Virus record (IMG/VR): IMGVR_UViG_3300020048_000022
Length of the DNA stretch: 38,731 nucleotides
Direction: 5' to 3' (one strand)
From: an uncultured virus (IMG/VR IMGVR_UViG_3300020048_000022)
Taxonomy: Duplodnaviria > Heunggongvirae > Uroviricota > Caudoviricetes
Shown here: in pieces, positions 17,692-27,509 of the stretch
Layout: every line of letters starts with the position of its first letter
Position numbering within the stretch: the first letter of the stretch is position 1
Notes under the pieces: model-generated
Databases searched by the model: none
What the model saw: the letters and a program-made list of their open reading frames with translations, nothing else
What the model was told of the DNA's origin: nothing
Translations under genes and position numbers: made by a program

Positions 17692-18366
17692 ATGACTACA
17701 GGAAGCAATTGGACACAAAAAAGGAAACCTAAAAATCCTATTAAATTTAAAATCAATCTAAATGAAGAACAGAAAGAAGCTAAAGCAATCATTTTAGCAA
17801 ATCCTGTTAGTGTTCTTAAAGGAGCAGCAGGATCAGGTAAAACGTTATTAGCAGTACAAATAGCTCTGGATATGTTATTTAATAGGGAGATTGAAAAACT
17901 AGTTATTACTAGACCCACAGTAGCAAAAGAAGATATAGGATTTCTTCCTGGCGATTTAAAAGAAAAAATGGATCCTTGGTTAGCTCCTATATACGCTAAT
18001 CTAGAAATGGTCTATGATAAAACTAAAATTGAAAAATTACTTAGCGAAGGAATTATTGAAATCCTACCATTTCCTTTTATGAGAGGTAGAACTTTAGTTA
18101 ATTCTTGTGTGATTGTAGATGAAGCACAAAACGTAACAATGAGTCAAATGGAAATGGTTCTAGGAAGACTTGGAATTGGTTCTAAAATGATAATATGTGG
18201 AGACACATCTCAGATAGATTTAAAGAATAAGAAAGACTCAGGATTAGATTTCATGAATACACTTGCTGCAAGAGTTGAAGGTGTTAATGTGATAACTCTT
18301 AAGAAAAATCACAGACATCCTATTGTACCTGCAATGTTAGATGTTTACCGTGAATATACTACATGA
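17692..18366 (+). CDS. phoH: PhoH-family ATPase
   Basis: Walker A GAAGSGKT, ITRP, IGFLPGDL, FMRGRT, Walker B IVDEAQN, GDTSQIDL and RHPIV: the full PhoH motif set. Confidence 0.97.
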   Translation: MTTGSNWTQKRKPKNPIKFKINLNEEQKEAKAIILANPVSVLKGAAGSGKTLLAVQIALDMLFNREIEKLVITRPTVAKEDIGFLPGDLKEKMDPWLAPIYANLEMVYDKTKIEKLLSEGIIEILPFPFMRGRTLVNSCVIVDEAQNVTMSQMEMVLGRLGIGSKMIICGDTSQIDLKNKKDSGLDFMNTLAARVEGVNVITLKKNHRHPIVPAMLDVYREYTT

Positions 18367-18368
18367 TT

Positions 18369-21300
18369 TTATTGGGGTGGATTACCTATATCAAATCTTG
18401 ATAAAGGAGGAAACCCCAATTCATTTCTATCATAGTAAATAGATCTTAATAAATAATCCTCGGGATTAACTACCTCAGGAATTAAATCGCCAGCGGTAGG
18501 ATTTTTATGATCTATCACCCTGATTTTCCCTTTGTGCTCTGTTTGATAAAGATTACCATTAACATCTTGTAATTCACAAGAGATTGTATAAAATCCAGGA
18601 TTTACAAATGTCCATATAAAATATGGAGTCTTCCTAATCTTAGCTATCACTTCGCCTGTTTCAGTATCAGTCAAAGTCCATATATGATCTTTCTTACCAG
18701 GTACTAAAGAGTCAATAGGATTTATAAATATAGTGGTAGCTAAAGGTATTTCAAATTCCTCTTGGAAGAATTTTTCTTCTCTCCAAGACCATGAATGAGA
18801 TCCTAACCAAGATTGAACCGCTCCTATTTTATATCCGGGGTTAAATCTTTGCTTTGGTATTTTACCTAAGAAAGCATCAGTACTACTTCCTGGAGGTGAT
18901 GTAACAACATAAGGCGAAAATTCTGCCTCGCCTTCAAAGTAACCAGTTATATAAATATTCTCCTCAGCATCAAGTACAAGATCTGCACCTGAATCATTAT
19001 TAATCCCTCCAGCTGTAACTATATCTACTAAAGTTCCGTCTTTATTAAACTTAGTTAAGTATATGTCAGTACCTCCTCTGGAATCAATCTCCTCTGGAGA
19101 AAAATATGAACCTGATGTATATGATCCAGTTATATAAACATTCTCTTCTGAATCACTTTCTATATCATGTGAAGTATCTCCAGATGCACCCCCGCACATT
19201 TTAAGCCATATCAGCTTACCGGTTGAAAGAATTTTAACAACAAATATATCATCGTATCCAGGGAATGATGTTATTTTTTCATTCTGTATAGACATAGTTC
19301 CTTGGAAAGATCCTGTAATTAGTACATGACCTTTAGGATCTAAACAAATTGAAGGAGAAACAAAAGATGTTGAAGCATCATAAGCAAATGATTCTGCCCA
19401 TATAGAAGCACCGTCTCCTGAGTAGAATTTACCAACAAACATATCGGGAATACCAACTCCTGTTAATGTAATAGTATTAAGATCTATATCATTTTGAAAT
19501 AATCCAGTAACATAAATATCAGTCTCATCCATAACAGTTAACTCGTAAGCTCTTGAATACGTTGTGGAGTCTAGTTGTTTTGCCCATATAAAATCTAGTT
19601 CTGAATCCATCTTAGCAATAAATCCTGTATCCTGAGATGAGGTTAAAGTGTGAATTCCTAAATTTAATGTGCCTTGGAATCCCCCGCATATATAAACGTT
19701 CTCGTACTTATCAACTTTAATATCTCCTATAAATTGATCTGGAGATATTGGTATATTAATAGTATTTAAAAGAAGTCCAGAACTATTATACTTATCGATT
19801 CCTATAAATCCAGTAAGATTATTATCGCTAGCAACATAAATATTAGAATGAGCATCTGTTATAACTGATCTAGCATATATTGGTCCTTGTGGTGAAGTTG
19901 TAGAGATTGATCTTGCCCATTGTAAAACTCCACCTTTATTATACTTACTAATATAAACTCCAGAATCTGCACTGGTTAAGTAAACGTCCTGTGTGCCTAT
20001 ATTATTAACCTCGCCCATGAATATTGTTCCTTGGAAATCACCAATTGCAATTACGTCTCCTTCCTTATCAACAGTGACTTTAACACCCTGGTCTGGTTGG
20101 CTATTTCCTAATGTGATTATCCATTCAAAATTTTCAAAAAGATTTCTAGATTTTTTCTGTGCTATCCTTTCTATTTGTGAATTTCTCCAGTAACTTTCTT
20201 TGGTTGCTTTACCTTCTATAATATCTCGTAGCGGAGCGTATAAGAAGACATCGTTAAGGTTTAAAGATGGAAACTGATCTTTCAGTTTATGTATGTTATA
20301 ACGCTGCCAAATAGGCTTATACCAAGAGTATCTGTCTACATTAGGCATGATAGGTCTGGTGTAATCAGAGTTCAGTGTAATATTGTCACCACCAATAAAG
20401 TTAAATCCTAATTGAGAGAATCCGACATCTTCATTATGAATATATTGAACCGAAGGCAAAGGAGTGGTAGTATCATGATAAACAAAGTCCCATCCTTGAG
20501 TTCCTGGGAATTTAGAAGTGGCATGTATGTGTGGTATCACATAATCAATCTTAGCAAGTTCTCCAAGGTCAGTAACAAGGAGTAAATTCTTGGGATAAGT
20601 GGTTTCACCATTTTTAATAGTTTTCCAAGGAGCAGAAAGAAGAGTTTTTCCATGAAATATGTTGCAAGGATTTATTAGTGTTGTTCCATCATTTCTATAT
20701 AGAACTTTAGTGAAAAAGTATCCGTCAAAGAAATATAATTCAGTATCCCCAGGAGAAATTGAAGGATCTATAGTAAACCATATATTAGCATTTCCAGTTT
20801 CCACTATATTACCAAACCTACCCATAGATAATTCGGGGTTAGTAGCATTATTCCATACTGCCCATCTTATATTGTCCCAATAAACTAATCCGTCCGCTGT
20901 TCCTAACCATTTATGATTTAATGAATCAAGCTCTATAGAATAAATCGAATTATCAGGAATACCCGAATTCGATGTGTCATAATTTTTAAAATCTATGCCA
21001 TTAAATCTAGAAAGACCATTATCTGTAGCAATCCAAAGATACCATTTGTTTATTCCGTAATATTCTAATCTAAGATCCCTTATATTATCAGAAGGAATAT
21101 TAGAATTTAATACAGTGTAAAGATGCCACGATTTAGCATGTGAATCATAGAATAAAAGACCATCATAAGAAGGAGAAGCATTACAAACAAATGCAGCAAA
21201 TATGTCTCCTGACTGTGGATTTATTTCAATTGCATGTATACTTGAAGGAATCACTGGTGAAACAGGATTACCTCCATTATCAACAAAATCACTAACTGAA

Positions 21301-24300
21301 TATGCAATACTATTTGAAGGATCTTTATCGTCTATTTTAACAAGCGGATTAAGTGTATTTTCTACACCAATCCATTTAACATCATTTCTGTCTATCTTTA
21401 TACAATTAGTAAGTAGACCGATTCCAGGCAAAACGCTATTAGAAGAGTTATATGTAATGTAATTAGCTCCGTCGAATTTTACTACGTCTTCACCAGTTAT
21501 CCATATATCACCATCTCCATCCCAAGCAATTCCAGTAGGTAAAAATGCTACGGGAGAGTATTCAGGAATTTTATAAAACGTTGATGAGATATTTTGTGGT
21601 CCTGGGTTAGTACTTAAATCTGGGGATATAGGATTACCGTCAGGATAGAATCTATTTGGTAATTCAGAAAATCCTCTAACAATGTAATCGAATCTTTTTA
21701 TATTCTCGTCAATTGAATCATTAAGTTGATCTGCAGCTTCAGAAAGATCTAAATAACTATTAGCAGGTGAATCGGTTTCACCAAATACAATACCTGTAGA
21801 ATCATCAGTAACTTTTACTCTGTCTCCGTACTGTAAAGAGTATAAATCAAATCCACCTAACCAATCATTATGATAATCGTACATATCCCAAGTGTGAGCA
21901 TATGCTTTCTGAAATTCAAAATCTTCAAATGTATCCCATGCTAATCTCTTAGTACCCCAATATTTCATTATTGAATTTGGAAGTGTATTAAAATCATACG
22001 ATAGGTATTCCTCTCTTTGGTTTAATCCTCCAGTAAAAGAAGTCACAGTTGGTGTTGCTATTATTGATCCAGTAACTTGTAAAACCAATGATTTGCCATT
22101 CCAAATAACTCCCGAATCATTGGGAGCTTGTAAGGTAAATGTTTTATAACCAGAAACAGTAGAATCAATTAAATTAATAACTTTATATTTCGGATTAAGA
22201 CTAGATGTATTTATAGTTGTGTAAATTAAACTGGTAGTTGAATTTAGATCTCCTTGAAAATTACAATCAGCAATAACTATTGAATCCGCTATCACTTTTA
22301 TATTACCAGCTCCGTAAGAATATCCACCAGTAATAGCAGTTGTAATTATCTGTGGAATTTGATAAGTATTAGCTCCTGTTACCACTATAGGAAATTGTCC
22401 ATAAGGAGCACCAACTGAATCATAAATCCATACTGTATCACCTGTAGTGTATCCGTGAGGTGTTAAAGTTGTAACTATAGCTAAGACATAACCAGAGACA
22501 ACATAACTACTAACTATATTTACAATATCTATTTTAGTTATAGCAACATCAAAAGTTGATAATGCTTTTACCTCTGGCAATTTAGTAAGAACCTCACAAG
22601 TTTGACCTTCGTTAAAATTATTAGAATACTCCGGATAGTTCTGAATAAAATCTGATATGTTTAATATCTTATTTGTGTTCTCTACTGGGAATATCCATTG
22701 TGAAGGATAACTTTCCCATTTCAAAGGCACATTGTTCCAGTCATAGGTTTCGGATTCTCTAAACCTTGTAAGGGTGTTAAGTTCTATTTGTCTCTTATCA
22801 ACTTTTATTACACTTCTTTTTATTCCTAAAGAAATGGAATTTAGTGTGTCCCAAACTCTACATTTAACATTATAGTTGCCATCATAAGGTAAGAAATGAA
22901 CCAGTGTTTCAAATTCTGGTAATTTTCCTCTAGTTTGGAAGTAATAAGGTCTGCTATCCTCTTTGTATATTGTCCATTCTATCTCATAGAAATCTAAATA
23001 AGGTATTCTATCCCAAGAATAGAATCCTCCCGATTGTACAAAATTCACGTAATATTCAAAAAAGTATGTGCTGAATCCTAGATTAGTAGGAGAGACTTTC
23101 CAGTTAGAATAGGTTCCTGATCCTCTCGTATAAACTATCTGTACGAATAAATTACCAGTAACTGTATTATAATCTCCAGCACTTACATAACCTAAATATA
23201 AATTTCCAGGAGAATCTATAGATTCAATTCTTACAAATAATGTCTCAGGGAATGTGGTATCAAACCAATCGTTACCTGGACCTATATTTATATTTATACC
23301 ATTAGGGAGTGAAGGATCTAATATTAAAGAAGTTGTACTATTAACAGTCTGTAATGAACCCCCTGGATTACTAACAGCAGTTGAATTGTAATCTGCTACT
23401 AATAAAGGAGTGGAGGTAACAGTAGGATCTAAAGATATCCAACTTCCACTCGTTTCTTCCCAAGTAAGATTAAATGTATTATTTTTTATTATCACTGGAC
23501 ATCCTGCAGGAAGAACATAATCAGAGCCATCAGAGAATAACTTATATCCAGGTGGATCATAATCTCCATCTCCTAAAAATTTAGGCATTTCTTCATTCTC
23601 TATATCTTGATAGAAACTATTAACTGCAGTCTCTAATAAAGATATTGATGGTATAGGATATTCTTGAAAATAAGAATAAGGATCTACAGTATTACCATAA
23701 TAGCTTATTCCTAGTTCTGCTCCATTTATAGCGGGATATAATATACCAGATTGATTAGGTTTAGTATAAAAAACTCTAAGGTCCTCGATGTATCCTTCAT
23801 TAGGAAATACAGTGAAGTCCACTTCTATCCCAGTTTTAACTTCAGAAATATCTAGTACGTCAGTCCAACCTCTGGTTTTATAAATATTGAAATATACACC
23901 CTCGCCAGTTATATCAACTATTCTAGCATTAAGTGGTAAATAATCTCTTTTTAATCTTTCTTTTAATCCGAATAATTTAATTAAAACTTCTTCCGGACTG
24001 AAAACAAAAGAATCCTCAACGATTGGATATCCGTATTGATCCTCGTCTTGATCTTCTAATACTCTATTAATATCATAAAAAAGACCAAATAACGAAGTCT
24101 TCTTATATGATTTAGATGGAAATATTTCCTCGAATTGTTTTTTTAACCCAAAAGTTCCATCTTTTCTTTTTCCGTAAACCTCTACTTGTTTAAATTTACC
24201 TTCATTTTCATCTTTTAATAAACTGCTTATAAGTTCTAAGGAACTTTCACCCTGCATATTATGTTTAGCAAGTTGATTTAATATTTTATTATTTTGTTGT

Positions 24301-25142
24301 AGTGGTGTTAGTGTATCAGCTGTATCAGTCTTTATATTAAGCCAATATTCTTTAACCCTTAAATCATAGTATCCAAAGAATTTAATAGCATTAAAAAGCG
24401 ATTTATAAGATCCTAGATAAGGAAATATACTCTCGCCTTCTAATAATAGTTCTTTTCTTTTCTTGTTTATTATTTCGTAATCAGGTAATGGTTCTTTAAT
24501 ATCACCATCCCTAACTATGAATGCGTCAGATTCGTTAAATTCTCTACCAAAGTTTCCGAGCATAACAGCTAATCTGCTATCTTCTCCCTCAACCTCACCA
24601 TGAAAACTAACTCTTAAAATAGTAATAGGATTATTAGGATCGGTATAATCTTCAAATATTAATGTGCGATCATATATTCCTTCACTACCAGAATTAAGAG
24701 CAATATTAATCTGCATTGAAGATGAAGTAATATCCGAAGTTATAACTATACCACCAGGTGATGATATAGTGTCTCCTGGTACCAATTCCGGATAAAACTC
24801 TATGCTATTAGCTTTAACTAATACAGGAGCATCTAAAACGTCATCTACGCCTAATTCGTAAGTGTAAATCGTAGAGGAAACATCAGTGGTTCCGTCATAA
24901 TCAGATTCCCATCTCGTTCTCCATACAGGAGATCCAGGACTTGTTAATTCTGCGTGCGGATATCCATATTTTATATCTGATGAAAGATCTAAAAATTTTT
25001 CTATTACAAATATATTCTCTACCTCAAAAAGCTTCTCAGAAACCATAGGGAAAAGAACTGCACCTTCCCAATAGCTACCATTCCATTGAAAATTATATTG
25101 ATCACCTTTTTTATTAAAAAATAAAAGATTTTGAGTTGTCAT
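18369..25142 (-). CDS. Giant baseplate wedge protein (gp7/P2 gpI-like N-terminal core) with Reg_prop-type and SBBP-type beta-propellers and PKD-like domains
   Basis: Lies downstream of the gp25- and gp6-like genes. YLGSYKSLFNAIKFFGYYDLRVKEYW resembles the gpI/gp7 motif. Propeller repeats include NSGIPDNSIYSIELDSLNHKWLGTADGL and GGASGDTSHDIESDSEENVYITGSY. C-terminal WTFVNPGFYTISCELQD. Confidence 0.65.
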   Translation of the reverse strand: MTTQNLLFFNKKGDQYNFQWNGSYWEGAVLFPMVSEKLFEVENIFVIEKFLDLSSDIKYGYPHAELTSPGSPVWRTRWESDYDGTTDVSSTIYTYELGVDDVLDAPVLVKANSIEFYPELVPGDTISSPGGIVITSDITSSSMQINIALNSGSEGIYDRTLIFEDYTDPNNPITILRVSFHGEVEGEDSRLAVMLGNFGREFNESDAFIVRDGDIKEPLPDYEIINKKRKELLLEGESIFPYLGSYKSLFNAIKFFGYYDLRVKEYWLNIKTDTADTLTPLQQNNKILNQLAKHNMQGESSLELISSLLKDENEGKFKQVEVYGKRKDGTFGLKKQFEEIFPSKSYKKTSLFGLFYDINRVLEDQDEDQYGYPIVEDSFVFSPEEVLIKLFGLKERLKRDYLPLNARIVDITGEGVYFNIYKTRGWTDVLDISEVKTGIEVDFTVFPNEGYIEDLRVFYTKPNQSGILYPAINGAELGISYYGNTVDPYSYFQEYPIPSISLLETAVNSFYQDIENEEMPKFLGDGDYDPPGYKLFSDGSDYVLPAGCPVIIKNNTFNLTWEETSGSWISLDPTVTSTPLLVADYNSTAVSNPGGSLQTVNSTTSLILDPSLPNGININIGPGNDWFDTTFPETLFVRIESIDSPGNLYLGYVSAGDYNTVTGNLFVQIVYTRGSGTYSNWKVSPTNLGFSTYFFEYYVNFVQSGGFYSWDRIPYLDFYEIEWTIYKEDSRPYYFQTRGKLPEFETLVHFLPYDGNYNVKCRVWDTLNSISLGIKRSVIKVDKRQIELNTLTRFRESETYDWNNVPLKWESYPSQWIFPVENTNKILNISDFIQNYPEYSNNFNEGQTCEVLTKLPEVKALSTFDVAITKIDIVNIVSSYVVSGYVLAIVTTLTPHGYTTGDTVWIYDSVGAPYGQFPIVVTGANTYQIPQIITTAITGGYSYGAGNIKVIADSIVIADCNFQGDLNSTTSLIYTTINTSSLNPKYKVINLIDSTVSGYKTFTLQAPNDSGVIWNGKSLVLQVTGSIIATPTVTSFTGGLNQREEYLSYDFNTLPNSIMKYWGTKRLAWDTFEDFEFQKAYAHTWDMYDYHNDWLGGFDLYSLQYGDRVKVTDDSTGIVFGETDSPANSYLDLSEAADQLNDSIDENIKRFDYIVRGFSELPNRFYPDGNPISPDLSTNPGPQNISSTFYKIPEYSPVAFLPTGIAWDGDGDIWITGEDVVKFDGANYITYNSSNSVLPGIGLLTNCIKIDRNDVKWIGVENTLNPLVKIDDKDPSNSIAYSVSDFVDNGGNPVSPVIPSSIHAIEINPQSGDIFAAFVCNASPSYDGLLFYDSHAKSWHLYTVLNSNIPSDNIRDLRLEYYGINKWYLWIATDNGLSRFNGIDFKNYDTSNSGIPDNSIYSIELDSLNHKWLGTADGLVYWDNIRWAVWNNATNPELSMGRFGNIVETGNANIWFTIDPSISPGDTELYFFDGYFFTKVLYRNDGTTLINPCNIFHGKTLLSAPWKTIKNGETTYPKNLLLVTDLGELAKIDYVIPHIHATSKFPGTQGWDFVYHDTTTPLPSVQYIHNEDVGFSQLGFNFIGGDNITLNSDYTRPIMPNVDRYSWYKPIWQRYNIHKLKDQFPSLNLNDVFLYAPLRDIIEGKATKESYWRNSQIERIAQKKSRNLFENFEWIITLGNSQPDQGVKVTVDKEGDVIAIGDFQGTIFMGEVNNIGTQDVYLTSADSGVYISKYNKGGVLQWARSISTTSPQGPIYARSVITDAHSNIYVASDNNLTGFIGIDKYNSSGLLLNTINIPISPDQFIGDIKVDKYENVYICGGFQGTLNLGIHTLTSSQDTGFIAKMDSELDFIWAKQLDSTTYSRAYELTVMDETDIYVTGLFQNDIDLNTITLTGVGIPDMFVGKFYSGDGASIWAESFAYDASTSFVSPSICLDPKGHVLITGSFQGTMSIQNEKITSFPGYDDIFVVKILSTGKLIWLKMCGGASGDTSHDIESDSEENVYITGSYTSGSYFSPEEIDSRGGTDIYLTKFNKDGTLVDIVTAGGINNDSGADLVLDAEENIYITGYFEGEAEFSPYVVTSPPGSSTDAFLGKIPKQRFNPGYKIGAVQSWLGSHSWSWREEKFFQEEFEIPLATTIFINPIDSLVPGKKDHIWTLTDTETGEVIAKIRKTPYFIWTFVNPGFYTISCELQDVNGNLYQTEHKGKIRVIDHKNPTAGDLIPEVVNPEDYLLRSIYYDRNELGFPPLSRFDIGNPPQ

Positions 25143-25143
25143 C

Positions 25144-25389
25144 TTATCTTACGTACTTGTTATTTTTAGGAACTGTATAATTAATATAGTTCTTTATGTA
25201 TTTAGTGGTTTCAAATAATTGATAAACAACCTTTTCTATACTTGCTAATATATCAACTCTGTTTGAGTCTCCATTTAGTATTTGATTAGAAAGGGTCTTT
25301 TCAAAAATCCTACCTTCGTAATCAAATCCTTTATTTCCTCTCACATCATTTTGTGATTCTATAAATTCGTACCAGCTTTTTTTTTCCAT
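25144..25389 (-). CDS. Small hypothetical baseplate-region protein, 81 aa
   Basis: Exactly fills the gap, with TAA-n-ATG junctions on both sides. Confidence 0.75.
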   Translation of the reverse strand: MEKKSWYEFIESQNDVRGNKGFDYEGRIFEKTLSNQILNGDSNRVDILASIEKVVYQLFETTKYIKNYINYTVPKNNKYVR

Positions 25390-25390
25390 A

Positions 25391-27088
25391 TTAGTTTCCT
25401 GTATTTAGTGAGCTTTTTAATATGCTATTTACTCTAGTATTATAAGTTACTGGTACAATAGATCTAATATCTATATTTACAGATGATAAAGAACTCATAC
25501 CAGCTCCATAGTCGTAATAGATACCATTTCTATCTTCCCATCCGCCGGATATAACTACAATCTCATCTTTACCCATAACAATATCTCCAAATTCATCAAA
25601 TCCTATATCAGGGGAATTTGGACTTTGTAATTTAGCTGCTTCGTTAGATTCACCTACGAAATAAAGGGAAACCGAATCCACTCCTGAAATAGATTCAATC
25701 GCTGCAATCAAATCGGATCTAGGTATTTTATCTCTTCTTCTTATGTTAAGGAAGTAATCACTTAGAATACTAGTTATTTGACTTTTTATTGTATCAGGGT
25801 CATTACCTTCGAATATAGTTAAAGCAATATTCACAACATACTTAGTAAGAACCGGATCTAATATTTTTACAACAGTAGTAACTATTTTCTGTCCGCTCTC
25901 ATCTAATAATTGATAAATTCTATCTCTTTGCGCATTAGTTAATTTGAATCTAGAAAGAGGAATATCAAAATATGTTTCGTTACTTTTTAATGTGAGCTGA
26001 ATGTCGGGAACAAGAATTAAATAAATAATATTATCGTCATCTAAGTATTGATCATCAAAAGTAGTAAATGCTTCTATTATCGAAAACTGTCCAAATTTTT
26101 CAAAGAATGTTATATAATTTGTAGGATTGGCTAAAACAAAACTTCTAGATGTTTTAGGTGCAATAAGTCTTGTTAAATCTATAGGCTCTTGACTGGCACC
26201 TAATTGTGGAGCTATCGTACAATTAACCTGTAGAACTTCGCTTAGTGTTACGCTTCTTCCAAATATATCAGTTCCGTCGGAATCAAATTTAAAAAGAGCT
26301 TGTGATGAATCATCAAGTAATAAATTACCGTCTGCTCCAGAGCATTCTAAATAGTCAACTTCTATTATTGCTCCTGAAGGAGGAGGAAATCCAAAATCAA
26401 CAGTACCAAAGAAAACATCTATACCAGATATTAAAGAGCTTTTTACCATATAGCCTCTTGCATTTCTTGGTATATCATATAGAGAATCGTATTTCTTCCA
26501 TGTATTACCGTTTACCCTAACATCAACTTCAAAATTTTCTATTCCTGATGTACCTCTTGCTGATATATTATAGCTTTGTAATTTTCCACCAGTCCCTGTA
26601 TACTGATTAGTATTTAATACGCCTTCTATTACTGAAGCAGATAAAGTTGATGCTCCGTCAAGATTTAGCCTAACATATTCTTGCCCTAATTTAAGAAGGT
26701 ATGTTTTACCATTATTTATACATTTTACTTGTGAATTATTAGGTATAAGTACTGCTCCACCTCCGATATCTTCTAGACCTTTACCGTTCCATTTTGTTAC
26801 GATCTCACCTTTTGCTGCTATAGATCTTGTCGGGTTATGTCCTGCTAATGCTGCCAATCCGTATATAGAAGATTCTCTTGTTGCAGTATTTATATTAAGC
26901 TCAGTGATTGAATCTTCAATAAAGAATAATATAAATTGTGATAAGTTATCTAATACGAATATTATCTGTCCCCAAACAGAAGCAACAGTAAATAACTGTT
27001 CAGACATTCCATATCTTGCTTGTATTAAATCAAAAGTTTGAGATAATAAATCTGATATCTTGGCTTTGTTTTTATTTAATAAATCCAT
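25391..27088 (-). CDS. Baseplate wedge subunit, T4 gp6/baseplate-J-like
   Basis: ELNINTATRESSIYGLAALAGHNPTRSIAAKG, VFFGTVDFGFPPPSGAIIEVDYLECSGADGN and RSDLIAAIESISGVDSV match gp6-like patterns. Follows the gp25-like gene. Confidence 0.85.
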   Translation of the reverse strand: MDLLNKNKAKISDLLSQTFDLIQARYGMSEQLFTVASVWGQIIFVLDNLSQFILFFIEDSITELNINTATRESSIYGLAALAGHNPTRSIAAKGEIVTKWNGKGLEDIGGGAVLIPNNSQVKCINNGKTYLLKLGQEYVRLNLDGASTLSASVIEGVLNTNQYTGTGGKLQSYNISARGTSGIENFEVDVRVNGNTWKKYDSLYDIPRNARGYMVKSSLISGIDVFFGTVDFGFPPPSGAIIEVDYLECSGADGNLLLDDSSQALFKFDSDGTDIFGRSVTLSEVLQVNCTIAPQLGASQEPIDLTRLIAPKTSRSFVLANPTNYITFFEKFGQFSIIEAFTTFDDQYLDDDNIIYLILVPDIQLTLKSNETYFDIPLSRFKLTNAQRDRIYQLLDESGQKIVTTVVKILDPVLTKYVVNIALTIFEGNDPDTIKSQITSILSDYFLNIRRRDKIPRSDLIAAIESISGVDSVSLYFVGESNEAAKLQSPNSPDIGFDEFGDIVMGKDEIVVISGGWEDRNGIYYDYGAGMSSLSSVNIDIRSIVPVTYNTRVNSILKSSLNTGN

Positions 27089-27089
27089 A

Positions 27090-27461
27090 TTATATTATTT
27101 TAATTCCCAATATAGGGTTACCTTTTATAGCAAAATCAATAACACAAGCATCTCTAGTCTCACCCTTAAAGAATCCAACATTAAAGTCAACATTATATTT
27201 ACTTGATGCTAACGGAACATATGTTATTAAATGTAATCTTATTGCTCTTTCTAGAGTTGTCTGATCCACATTAAAGTCAAATAATAAACCCTCTAAGTCT
27301 ATACCAAAAAAAGGATCCCCTAGAACTTCTCCGGGAGTAGTTAACATACACTGCTTAATCATACCGATTAGTATTTCTACTTCATCGTCAGTATGTAATA
27401 ATCCTTCTTTGTATCTAGGATCATCTGGTGTTCTAGGATAAATTTCTGAGAATCTTGCCAT
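27090..27461 (-). CDS. Baseplate wedge/sheath initiator, T4 gp25-like (GPW/gp25 family)
   Basis: IKQCMLTTPGEVLGDPFFGIDLEGLLFD signature, 123 aa. Confidence 0.9.
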   Translation of the reverse strand: MARFSEIYPRTPDDPRYKEGLLHTDDEVEILIGMIKQCMLTTPGEVLGDPFFGIDLEGLLFDFNVDQTTLERAIRLHLITYVPLASSKYNVDFNVGFFKGETRDACVIDFAIKGNPILGIKII

Positions 27462-27465
27462 CTTA

Positions 27466-27478
27466 GTTCTATATATTC
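27466..27478 (-). promoter_or_regulatory. Putative late promoter or 5'-leader motif GAATATATAGAAC
   Basis: Identical to 1573-1585 and 4 nt upstream of the gp25-like ATG. Confidence 0.55.
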
Positions 27479-27509
27479 TTGATTAAAATAAAGGCAATAA
27501 TGCAAGAAT

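Noticed and set aside
18369..25142. Frequent Ser-Pro dipeptides (about 18 by hand count) as a modification motif
   Set aside because: Only modestly above a rough composition expectation, so it cannot be supported without statistics.
27090..27461. Lysozyme activity for the gp25-like or gp5-like proteins
   Set aside because: No lysozyme domain is visible. The 303-aa spike has no room for one, and the gp25 lysozyme label is a legacy annotation.
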